DNA of 64,000 nt from Sphaerodactylus townsendi (Eukaryota). Under the pieces are notes generated by a model. It worked only from the letters and a program-made list of their open reading frames with translations. It was not told where the DNA came from and did no database searches. The DNA lies in NCBI RefSeq assembly GCF_021028975.2, contig NC_059425.1, positions 119,660,001 through 119,724,000 on the forward strand. Direction: 5' to 3'. This document shows, piece after piece, positions 1-12,500 of this stretch. Every line of letters begins with the position of its first letter. Within the stretch, counting starts at the first letter, position 1. A program made the translations under genes and the position numbers.

Positions 1-730
1 ATATGGCACTCTACATGGAGCCAATGCAGTTGACGTAGCGCTGGTTGAATATGTGCAAGCCGCGGGGTCCCGTGCTGCTGCAGTTTGGAAAAGCTGGAGT
101 TTCCAGATCCAGTCCAGATTGCAGTAATCTAATTGAGAGGTGATTACTGCATCTAGGTCAGCCTGAGACTGGTAAGGTACCTGCTGTTTTGCATAATATA
201 GATGATAAACAGCCATGTGAACATGTGTTACCTGGGCCTCCAGCAATAAGGAGGTATCCAGGTACCCCCCTAGACTCTTCATGGTTTGTGTGATGTAAAG
301 CTGCCACCTCTTGACAAAGCTGAGCTCTGTCAAGAGGTGGCAGCTGACAAACCTACCTTGTCCCCTGCCGCGCCAGCTAAAGAACCTCTGTTTTCATTGG
401 ATTCAGTTTCAATTGGTTTTCTTTTCAACCAATCCACAGTAGCCCCCAAACAACTGGCCAGAGTATCTGGGGTGAGTCCAGATGGCCATCCATTAACAGA
501 TATAGTTAGGTATCATCTGCATGTTGATGATACCCTAACCCAAACATCTGGGTTAAAACAGCAAGAGGGTGCATATAGATGTTAAATGACATTGGAAAGA
601 GGATTGCTCCCTGAGGGACTCCACACACCATTGGTTGGCAGGTGGAGATCTTCTCTCCAATTGCAACTCTCTGTCTCTGATCTTGGAGAAAGAAGCGTAG
701 CCATTGCAACTACTCTTTCAACTTTCCTAG
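1..730 (-). mobile_element. L2-clade LINE reverse-transcriptase fragment (degenerate)
   Basis: Minus strand reads GVPQGAILFPMSFNIYMHPL...GYHQHADDT, then VITSQLDYCN, KLQLFQTAAAR and LRQLHWL, which are L2-type RT C-terminal motifs. Confidence 0.8.
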
Positions 731-740
731 AAAAGATACA

Positions 741-820
741 TGGGATACTGTATCTAACATTTATCTGGGATACTGTATTTAACATGTATTTGGGATACTG
801 TATCTAACATGTATCTAACA
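741..820. repeat. 25-bp minisatellite, ~3 copies
   Basis: tgggatactgtatYtaacatKtatY at 741, 766 and 791. Confidence 0.85.
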
Positions 821-2919
821 ATGGTTTCTTAAGAAGCAGTCTCACCACTACATCTTAATCCCTCCAGGAAATGTATTCTGAATACTTCAGGTGGGAAACA
901 TTAACAGGCATCATTAAATATTGTTTTTCCGTGAACAACAGAAATTGAATCCTTTTCTGAAGATATGGCAACTGTCACATCAGGCTGGTTTTAGGGAAGT
1001 GTTATTGTGAGTGCTTGTTAGAAGAGCCCTGCGGGGATTGGGCAGCATATACATCCAATAAATAAATAAATTTAGGCACTGATTGTGTTTCAGGTTAGTG
1101 AAAATAGCTTTAATGCTAAGGGTTTAGTAAGTTGCTTGTGTTACTAGGTAGATTTAAGGGACTGTGCTAGATCAATCCTGTGAGCTGCTGTGCTGAAGCA
1201 TCAACCCATAGGATTGAACATCCAAAGTCTTTGCAACAAAGAAGTCCATCCCCTTTTGTTGAAATTGTTCATCTCCCCTGTAGTAAATCAGCAGCTATTT
1301 GTACTGCTTTGCTGGCAGTCCCAGTTGTGGAGTATAACTGCCCGACAATTGCATTGTTGGTGTTTTCTTGGCAGAAAGGTGGCCTCTTGCTTAGCATGTA
1401 AAAAGCTACTCAAAGTTCAGGGATGAATGATAATGTGACAGGAGTATATAATCTGTGGGCTGTCCTCTGTTTTGGATATCTCAAGCACCAGCTTATCTAA
1501 CAAACTAAAATGAATTACTGCGTTCGCTATAACATTTGTTGTTTCAATTTTCAACGTTTCCCAATTTCCCAATTTTCTTGGGAAATTGTTTTCAAGTAAA
1601 TATGCTAAGTAGCATCACAGCCAATGATCAAATATGTTAGCACTGTAAGAATGACAAAATGCAGATAGGATAATTATGTTTGAGGAAATGAGAAAAGGCA
1701 TTCTCACATAGCATTTTGCATTCCGTATACTCTGCCTGAGTAGATTTCGGGATAGTGAGCTGTAGTTTTCATGCCAAAGGTGGACAGCATAGTGGATTAT
1801 TTATGCTACAAAAATGGAATATTGTGTTTGTGTTATCCAAAACCCCAAAATCCTGCCAACAGAGTCTGGATGGCCGTTATGGCCTCTTCCCTTGCTGTTC
1901 ACTTGTCTTTGTTGAGCTTTTACAGGGAAAAAGGAGGAATTATTATTTGCCTCTTGAGGCGGGTAGGCAGGAAGACTCGCTGCAAAAACAACACAAACAC
2001 CATATGTTTTTATGGTAGAAGTTGCCAGCCACAGCTTATTTAATTGATACCAACAGGAAGTAGGAGCAAAGGCACCATGTGGGAATAGATCCAGGCCAGA
2101 GTAGCAGGCCTGCCGACCCCATACCATCAGCCCCACATGCTTGCTTGAGGGGACTCAGCTGGGGTGGCAAGTGCCTGCTTGCATGGTGCTTCCCTTGCTA
2201 CCAGGAGGTGTAGGCTGTCTGCCTGCCCACACCTGTGTCTGTAACTTAGTGGCCTACCCCACCCCAAAGCCCCTTATGGGGGCCCCAGATCATGGCACCA
2301 CCTCCTCCCAAATGGATCCCTTCCCATGCCCAAATCACCAAGCTGTGACAAAATGAAATCACAGAAAAACATGAACTTTGCTTACAATGCATTAAAAGAA
2401 GAAAGAGGGAGAACGGGTAGGATAGCACGTGATGGACTTCTAAAGATGCCTGCGAGCTTCACAGGCCAGCCATTTAAAACCATACCAGCCTGGCCTCATC
2501 TCTCAGCAGCCACAGGGATCCGAACAGGCCCATTCATCAGTTTGCCTGGACAGCAGCATGTGGCTGGCTTAGGCCCCCCCCCCCCCCCCCGCCTTCCCTG
2601 AGCAGCAACCTGCAGCTGCAGGCAATTCTGTGTTGCTTTTGAACTAAGACTTGGCTGTTGAGGGAAAGCGGGCATTGTTAGATTCTCACTATATAATTAG
2701 AAGCCTGAATCAAGACAGTATTTATACTCTATAAAATATATGTATAGATGTTATGTAGTATAAGAATTGCAAGTCCATTTAATATCTGCATGCTTGTTGA
2801 TTTGGAAGATTGTTCAAGAGGAAAAATGAGATTGCAGTTGTGTTAATTTTACCATCCAGTAATGGGATGGCCCAATTGCCTGAGAATGTACAGTTTTTAT
2901 AGGATCATTAGAGCAAAAG

Positions 2920-3106
2920 TCCCACTTTTTTTCCTTTGGGGACCCAAAGAGGTTTACATTATTTTCCTCTTCCATTTTATTCTCGTAGAAACCCTGTGAG
3001 GTTGGTAAGTCTAAGAATGGGTGACAGGCCAATAAGCTTTCATTTCAGAATAGGGACTCAAACCTGGTCTACCAGATCCTAGTCCAATGCTCTAAGCCCT
3101 ACACTA
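2920..3106 (-). mobile_element. Old tRNA-derived SINE (Squam3/MIR-like), diverged
   Basis: accctgtgaggt...gggactcaaacctggtctaccagatcctagtccaatgctctaagccctacac resembles the younger SINE copies in this window. Confidence 0.6.
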
Positions 3107-3447
3107 TTTTTATTGCACTTAGAAGTCAGCAACTACAGTTTAATAAATCAAGACTTAACTCTCCTGACTCAGATGTTATTATGTTATTTTAAACTGTCGG
3201 TATATACATTTTATTGGTAAAGGTTTGTGCTGTCCCAGCTATCCCAGTGTGATGTAGGAAGAGTACAAGGTAGGAGCTGGATTTTAGTTTTGACTTTGTG
3301 CAATACTTCAGAAATTTAGAGTGCCTCCTGAGGTGCTTGGCAGATTAGAATTAGATGGGATTCTGTTATGATGGGGGGGGGGGGGTTATCCCTAAACAAA
3401 GCCAGCCTTAACCAATTATTGCACTTTGACTTTTCTTTCCTTTTTAG

Positions 3448-3560
3448 GCGATATAGGGAACTATTATTATGGACAAGGACACCCAATGAAGCCTCACAGG
3501 ATTCGTATGACACATAATTTATTGCTAAATTATGGTTTATACAGGAAAATGGAAATTTAT
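3448..3560 (+). CDS. HDAC2: HDAC2 exon 2
   Basis: ttttag|GC GAT ATA...GAA ATT TAT|gtgagt; [37 protein letters not shown]. Confidence 0.97.
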
Positions 3561-6500
3561 GTGAGTATTCCCTGCTGTTTCATCATTTAAAAATTGAAGT
3601 ACCATTGGGTAAATCGTTTAAAAATGGTGACGGACCATTGGGTAAATATATTTTACACATGTTAGTTTTGAGAAATTTTCTTCTAGTCTTAAATTTTAGG
3701 TCAACACGTCATGGTATTACCTACAGTAAAGGGAGCAATAATTAACCCAAGCAAACATAGTCATGCATTGTGGGGCTAGTTGTATCACTTTTTATATTAT
3801 TTATAGAGATCCAATTAGCTGGATTCAGCACGAGGAACCTGCGGGGACTAAGCAAAGATCACCAATCTTTTTGGATTTCTCCTTCCCACAACAGCTATGT
3901 CTAGTCACGTTTCCTGGGGTCACAGGAGCCATGTGTAGTAGTAACCACACTGGTCAAGAGCCTGCAATGGGAAGAGGAAAGGGGGCACCTATCCGCTCTC
4001 TTTTCTCATAAGAATTATGCTTCTACTGGAGGCAGACGAAGGGGCTTTCACCTTCTTCCTCCTCCCTAGGGCTGATGTTCCTTGTGATCCACATACCCCT
4101 GCAGCATAACCTTTCCCAGTGTTAGAAAGGGCTGCTACAGGGAGGGAAAAGCCAGGCAGATTGGCTGCTGCCAAAACCTTCTGTTGATAAATCACAGGAT
4201 TCAACCCCCAAAATTATTAGTCTTCTAGATCCTGTATCCATTGGTCAAATAAAGTGGGGCCTCCATGAAATATTCTTGAATATCAAGGGTCTTAAAAATT
4301 AAATGATTCTTGCCTAGTGCTCTGATTTTTGCTCCCTTTCTTTGGACAGATGTGAATGTTACTGAACATAAGAACTGAATTTAGTGGTATGCTTTAGACA
4401 AAAGTCTGCACCACAGCATGTCGGTGTGGGCCGTGTCACATCTTATTCCCTCCCACCTGGATTGGGCTGTTCGTTTACTTATTTCCCATGATCTGCATAT
4501 TCCTCTTCACCGTCCCCATTGAATAGTTCTTGTGCGGGATGTTTTTCTCATTAAGTAATTTAGCAAGATTTGGAGGCCCCACCCATTAAGGTGTTAACCA
4601 GCTTAGCATAAGTAGTGAATGGTCTGTGTTTTTCTTAATTTGGTATCTAAATAATTAATTTGCCATACATTTTTTTTGATCCAGCCCAACATTTCTGCTT
4701 GCCAAGCACAGTCATCCCCCTCCCCTCAACCAAAAATATCCTTCCAAATGTTGCTCCTGACTCAGAGACAGTAGGAAGGGGGAGGCAAGAAGGATTTATC
4801 CTGTAGAAACGTTTGGCTGGATCCAGGTCTGTGGATGACAATATTGGATTTAGTTCTTACCTGATTTAGGCCTTTTCTGCACAAGGGAATTGACAAGGGA
4901 CTTCTAGGTGGTGCTTTATTATAGCAGTCCCGTGTCGATTTCCTCCTGCAGAAGCAACTTCCTTTGCCACCTTCACTTATTCCTAACTGTGGACATATTG
5001 TATCTTCACCTTAATGTGACATAACTCATTTAGGATGAAATTTGAAAAAGCAGATACAATTGATCTGACATGTTTCTGTGCCTTTATGTTACATTGCTAA
5101 TGTGACACAATTCTTTTTTTAAAAAAATCCTGCGAGGGCTCTTTCAAACACTGTCCCTTTTGAAAATGGAGGGGGAGGAGAAAATGGCTGAAGGAGGAAG
5201 GTTCTGCATCACGGATTACATCGCACCCCCACTAGAATCATATTGGAAAAGATCCCAAGGGCCATCAAATCCAACCCCCTGCAATGCAGGAACACATAAT
5301 TAAAGCACTCCTGATAGATGACCATCCAGCCTCTCTTTAAAAAACCTCCAAAGTAGGAGACTCCACCACACTGAGACATTCTACTGTCAAACAGCCCTTA
5401 CTGTCAGGAAGTTTTTCCTGATGTTTAGGCGGAATCTCTTTTCCTTCACCTTGAACCCATTACTCCTGGTCCTAGTCTCTGGAGCAGCAGAAAACAAGCT
5501 TGCTCCCTCACCAACATGACATCCCTTCAAATATCTAAACATGGTTATCATGTCACCTCTTAACCGTCTCTTCACCAAACTAAACATACCCAGCTCCCTA
5601 AGTCTCTCCTCGTAAGGCATGGATTCCAGACCCTCCTCTGGACCCTTTCCAGCTTGTCAATATCCTTCTTGAATTCCAGGTGAAGTCTAACCAATGCAGA
5701 ATAGATAGGTACAATTATATCCCTCAGTCTAGACACTATACTCCTATTTATACAGCCCAGAATCGCATTGGCTTTCTTGGCCACCATATAACACTGCTGA
5801 CTCATGTTCAGTTTGTGGTCTACTAAGACTCCCAGATCCCTTTCGCATATAGTGTTGTCAAACCAGGTGACACCCATCCTGTATCTGTGCATTTCATTTT
5901 TTCTGCCTAAGTGCAGTATGTTGCATTTCTCCCTGTTGACATTCATTTTGTTTGTTTTGCCCAGCTCTCTAATCTGTCCAAGTTATTTTGAATTCTGACT
6001 CTGCCCTCTGGGATATTAGCCACCCCTCCTATTTTTGTGTCATCTGCAAATTTGATTAGCATGCTCTCTATTCCATCATCCAAGTCGTTGAGAAAAATAT
6101 TGATTAGCACTGGACCCAGGACAGAACCCTGTGGCACCCCACTAGTCACTTCTTTCCAGGATGAAGATCAGCCATTGATGAGCACCCTTTGAGTTCGGTC
6201 AGTCAACCAATTAGAAATCTATCTAATAGTAGCATTGTCAAGTCCACATTTCACTAGCTTAGTTGAAAGAATATTATGGGGCACCTTGTCAAAAGCTTTA
6301 TTAAATCAAGGTATGTTACTTCCACAGCATCTATAGCATTTCCTTCATTAGGAACAATATGTTTTCAGCAGTAGCATGTCGAATAAATGCAACTGAAGAA
6401 ATGAAAGTGAAAAACAACAGGGGAAATGAAAGTGTACAGAATAATTTCACAGAAAAGTTTCCAAGACATAAGGCTTGACCACTGGGAAAATCTGTGGTTA

Positions 6501-9500
6501 ACTGTTCATATGGAATAGCCTTAGATGTTTTCACAACCTTGTAGTAACTAAAAACCATGCAACATCTACTTGAGAGTTTGAAAGAAACAAAGTTGAAATA
6601 TTTTAGTAACTGTTAATGTGATGTGTGATCAGTTCTGTTTAAATTAGGAATCTTTGCAGTATTGTTACAACTTTTTCTTTCTTGGACCAATTTTGTTCAT
6701 TAGCGGCCCCATAAAGCTACAGCAGAAGAAATGACCAAATACCACAGCGATGAATACATTAAATTTCTTCGTTCAATAAGACCTGACAACATGTCTGAAT
6801 ATAGCAAACAGATGCAAAGATGTAAGTTTGTATCGTGAACTAAATAAAACCACTTAGAAGTCTGTTTCTCTCACAAAACATAGATTATGTTGTAATCTGG
6901 TAAACAGAGAGCATCTAGGTATTTATCACCTGTCATTTCTTTATTCTGGAGCTTGATTTGTAAAGGTAGAAACATAAAAATCACACGCTTTTGCCTTTGG
7001 ATTGTTATTGTTCAGTTCTAGTTGACTTCTTGTCTTCAGACACCCTCTAGGCACTTATCCTTCCTGCTCTGAGTAGCATCCTCTTTCCCCCTCCCTTTCA
7101 CTATTTAAAAGAAGAAGAAGAAGAGTTTGGATTTATATCCCCCCTTTCTCTCCTGTAGGAGACTCAAAGGAGCTTACAATCTCCTTGCCCTTCCCCCCTC
7201 ACAACAAACACCCTGTGAGGTGGGTGGGGCCGAGAGACCTCCGAAAAGCTGTGACTAGCCCAAGGTCATCCAGCTGGCGTGTGTTGGAGCGCACAGGCTA
7301 ATCTGAATTCCCCAGCTAAGCCTCCACAGCTCAAGCGGCAAACCCAGTTCCTCCAGATTAGAATGCACATGCTCTTAACCTCCTACGCCACTGCTGCTCC
7401 TTTATTCTAAAGAAGAAGAAGAGTTTGGATTTATACCCCACCTTTTTCTCCTGTAAGGAGACTCAAGGTGGCTTACAAGCTTCTTTCCCTTCCTCTCCCC
7501 ACAACAGACCTTGTGAGGTAGGTGGGACAGAGAGTTCCAAAGAACTGTGACTAGCCCAAGGTCACCCATTAGGAATGTAGGAGTGTGGAAACGCATCTGG
7601 TTCACCAGATAAGCCTGCCACTCAGGTGGAGGAGTGGGGAATCAAACTTGGTTCTCCAGATTAGAATCCACCTGCTCTTAACCACTACATCATGGTGGCT
7701 CTCATTAATTAATTAGCACTAATTGTGGCACAATATTATGTCTGTACTAGTGTAATTGTGATTAACTGCAGTCATAAATTCTCTCCAGCTCTTAAACTAA
7801 ATGTTGAAACTAGAAACTGCTTTTTGCCTTCCATTTAAAGGAGAACTGATTAAGTTTTACTTGTTTAATTCTAAGAGAGAGGAAGGAGTGCACAACTGCA
7901 GCTTTGGCAGTTAGCAATATTATGTGTGATTTGGCTTAGCTTCACATGTGAATTGACAAAGTGGACCTGGAGATTGGTTTGCTGCAGTTTAGAATAGCTG
8001 GATACCAGACAACTGCACTATTAATGTTATTAGTAAACTTAAACTAGAATGTTAAATTACAACGTAAACTGGTATTAGACTTCCAGAACATTTGGTGAAT
8101 CCAACAATTGTGGTGTTAATGAAATGTTCTACATTAATTAAAAGAAATTAGGGTATAAGAATTGGCAGTTGCATATTCTGCAACAGTGGGGGTCAGCCAT
8201 CCAGGCTGGTTATGTCGTGCCTCCAGTTGTTCAGGCAGGGCTATGTAAATTTGAGGCGTATTTTCCTGGACTGAAGGGAGCTGTCCCTATCTTATCAGAA
8301 TAGCCCTGCTGTTCAGACAGAACTCTAGTTACACCTTTTCAGCTATACAGTCTTTAACTGATAGTACTCATCTAGGATGATCCATGAAGAAATCTGCTTC
8401 TTCAGCCTCTTTGAGCTCCATATCTGGAACAAAAAAGGAGAACGTCAGGGAAACCTGGATAAACAGGATCAGAGAGAAGATCCCTTGGAGGGATCCCTTG
8501 GACCATCCACTTTAATGGGGGTAGGACTACTAGACATCCAGCTGACTCCCGTGGTCACCCAGGGACTCTGGGGCTGGTACCAAGCTCTTTTGACCCCACA
8601 GACCCATGCAGCACGGGCTTGCTTCAGAAGGATGCAGCAAATACAACTATTCTTGCTAGGGTTGCAGTGGCTTTTCCAGCACCCAACTATCTCTACCTCC
8701 ATCTATGTCGGGCTTGTCTTCTGCAGTGAGGGCACAGATGTCATCTAACACATACACACACACACACCCGGTTGTTCGGCCATGCATATGGGTACTTCTC
8801 CTCAGCCAATAAGAACAGGCAATTAGGTGGTGGCCCTCTTTCCTTCCACTTCTTTTCCTGCCCAACCTCTTGCCTGGGCTCTTTCAAACACCCCAACCAC
8901 TACAATTCGGGAGAGGGAGTGGGGGAATACCAAAGGTGGCTTTTCCAGCAAGGACCTAGCTCACTCGGCACCCAAACATCAGACAAAAGACTGGCCATTT
9001 GGCATTTAGAGGAAGAACATGGCACCTGTTCAGATGAAGAGCCCACAGTTTTCACTCGTATAGGAAAATACGTTAGGAGCACCAGTCCCCACCATTCAGA
9101 ATCAGAAGAAGGGGAGGAGGGAACCTAACCACAGTCCTCTCCACTCGGGTGCAGATCAGCACCAGGACATTTCTCAGCTTAGCGGCATAGTAATTTTCCA
9201 CAGAAGTAGAGTATGCAGCCTTCATTGTCTCTGCAGCTACAACCTCAGACCAGGAAGAGTGGGAGTGGCCAGGGGAGGAGAAAGGTCCAAGGAAACTAGT
9301 CTGTGTGCCTCTTTCAAGTTGAATATTTTGCAAGGCTCTTCAAAAATGCAATAAGAAAGGGGAACAAACAAGCATGGTATCCAGCTCCTAATCCTTGAAA
9401 CTGGAAGCCAGGGCTTTCCCTCAGCCATCGCATCCCATAGTGGGCTGCCCCATGCCAGAAGAATTTGATAAGTTCATCAAATCCGAATGAGCCATCCCAG

Positions 9501-12500
9501 GATATCCCTCTTTCTTTAGGATTCCATTAAAGAAATTTTACTTTCTAGCAAGCAAGGCCATGGAGAACTTAAAAATTCCATTGTTCAATGCACCTGTCAT
9601 GGGGCTTCACTTGGGTGCAATTCTCTCCAAGGATGGAGAGAATGTTCTGAAAGACCAGCTAGAGAAGAGGAATGAAACAGAGTGCATGAGACAAGTGCCA
9701 AGATAATTAAAACTTTAGTGGAGCTTTCAAATTTTGGCAGAGCAACTGCTGTGCGGACAGACAACCTGTTAATTGATCCAGATGTAGATCCCACTACGCT
9801 TTGGAAATCACTCCTAAAGATACAACAGGAAGCACGATTTGTTGCAGATGCCTCTTTGGACAATATTCAACTCTGTGCTCACTGTCAGGCAGAGAATGTC
9901 TTTGTTTGATGCAATCTCTGGATAAAAAACTGGAAGGTTGACTCCCTGACGAAGCCAACCTGTCCACAGAGAAGTTTGAGAGCAAGCTGCTCTTTGGCGA
10001 GGCTGCATTGGAGAAGGTACTTACTGAGACAAAGGTGAAGAAGAACGGCACACTGTCTTCCTCCTACCTATCATCAAAGGACAGAGAGGGCAAAGGCAAA
10101 GGTCATTCATCCTTTTGTCCTTCCCAAGCCTTCAGCTTGAGATCAGAATGACAGATCTTCCAGAAACTACTCCTTTAGAGGCAGAAACTGGGGAAAGTCC
10201 TTTACATAGAAGAAGCTGGACAGAAATAACAAGTCCACTTCTGCTTGACTACCTGATCAGAAAACTGTTTCAGGCAAATGGATATTGGGCATTGTAAGAA
10301 AGGGGTACGAAATAGTTTTCCGCACACACCTTCACATGTGCCAAAGATACCCAGCACCAAAGACTCCACAGAAACCAGCAATTCTCCCAGAAGCTGTTCA
10401 ACATCTAGTCGACATTGAGGTAGTAGAATTAGTGCCAACAAATTTACTTAGCCGTGTCTGAACCATTGGAGGTGTGACCTAACCAGCCTGGATGACTTCA
10501 TCCCACTGATGAGAAGATGCCTTCATGGTAAGGTCAATGTGTTTGCTGAAACATCTCACACTATAGTTTGATATACAGTGCTATTGTAAATTATGCAGAT
10601 GTTCAGCTAGAAGTAGCTCGTTACTTCAAATACATTATGCTTATAGAACTCTGAACTTTTTTTGCCAGATTTCATAGTTGTAGTAAATGAAATGTACAAT
10701 TTAGTCAATATTGACTGAATTGAAGGTTTTTTTAAAAAAATGAATGTACGCTTTTAAACAGCAACACTTAAATACTAATGAAACTTATTTTATATAGTTA
10801 ATGTTGGAGAAGACTGTCCTGTATTTGATGGATTGTTTGAATTCTGCCAGTTGTCCACAGGAGGCTCTGTGGGTATGTATATCCTACTCAGGATTATTTG
10901 TTAACTTATTAACTTTTAAAGGGCTATCAAACAGAGTACATATTTTTGATCATTGCATTCTAGATCTTCTACATGAAGCTATCTTAGCATTTAACTAAGA
11001 AGGAGGATTTAGAAATGGGACATTTTGTTTCAACTGAGTCAGACAGATGCATCTGAATGTGATGGTTGTAATCTTATAGTATTATTAGGTGTGTCGGGGT
11101 GGGGGGGAGGGATGATTTTAATGGTTAGCCACCCTGAGCCTGGGTCCTGTTCTGAGAAAGTGTGGGATATCAAATGTAATAAGCAGCTGAAGGGGTGGCC
11201 ACTGGAGCTCTGCTGGTGTGGGTTGGGCCTTCTGACTGACTTTCAGGGAGACAAAGGAGAGCTTTAGGCCCTGCAAAAAAGCCACTGCCAACCCTGGGAG
11301 CCAGGAGGGGAGTGCTGATGGGGATAGATGCACAGCATCCTTTCTATTGGCCTGACGACTTACTAGAAATGTGTTTGAGAGCAAAAAACATGACTAGTCA
11401 ATGGCTCATAGACATTGAGTTGCAGGATGAGATGGCCCTTCCCCCAAGCCCATACAAATTATTGAAGAGTTAGGAGGGATTTTCCTTTGCCCCTTGGATA
11501 ACATCTATTGCTTTCTCTAGATTTCCATGGGCCTTCTCAAGAATATGTTCTAATTTCTTTCCATTAGCTCTGCATAGAGGGAGATTTCAGCATTTATCTT
11601 TAGAGGCCTGATTTTGCCCTTGTAATTCAGAAACAATTGAAACAATTATTCACATTTTATTACACTGTGAATTTTATCCAGATATTAGAAAACATTTTAT
11701 TTTGCCATTGCTGACTAGAGTTTTTAGACATTCAGATGAATTTAAGGTCAGTCTTTTACTTGAGGATAGGAATAATATTATTTCTTGTGCAGTAGCTAAG
11801 TTTTGTTATAGAGCCAGTGTTGCTGAATGTGTATTGATTACCTTTTAGTTTTCTTTGTTTGATCGGCTGGTCAAATGACTATAAGTAAACAGACAAGACA
11901 AGGCATATAACATTGAAGTCATAAAATAATTATAACATTGTTTTTATAGCTTTATTGATAGGGAGGGAGTGTGAATAAAATAGATTTCACTGAAAGAACA
12001 GGTGAAATATTTGTTGAAATTTAGAAATTTGTTGTGTTTCATGCCATGTTTTGCCCAACTTCTAAAGACTAAAAAGTCGTCATTTAAAATCCAGAGTTGA
12101 AGTTTGTTATGATAAAACAGTTGTTCTTGTTTACGATAGACATCAGTGTTGCCTTCCTTCATCTTTACCAGAGATTTTAACACTGTGTTTTTATCCACAA
12201 TGGTTCTTCAGCTGGAGCAGTAAAACTGAACCGGCAGCAAACAGACATGGCTGTTAATTGGGCTGGAGGACTTCATCATGCTAAGAAGTCAGAGGCATCT
12301 GGTTTTTGTTACGTCAATGATATTGTGCTTGCCATTCTTGAATTGCTGAAGTAAGTTCATTTTGAAACTACAAATTCAAGGTGTCTCGTAGAAACATGGA
12401 AAAGGTGGGCCATTGTCTTCAGTTAAATGTTATATTTCTTGACACTCGCATCTCACATACAGCTTAACCATTCATTGTAGATTTTCATCGTGTCAAATGA

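Noticed and set aside
741-820. CRISPR-like array
   Set aside because: Contiguous 25-bp tandem units with no unique spacers, in vertebrate DNA; a minisatellite.
1-3447. HDAC2 exon 1 / promoter
   Set aside because: No MAYSQGGGKKKVCYYYD-like coding sequence and no CpG island; this is intron 1.
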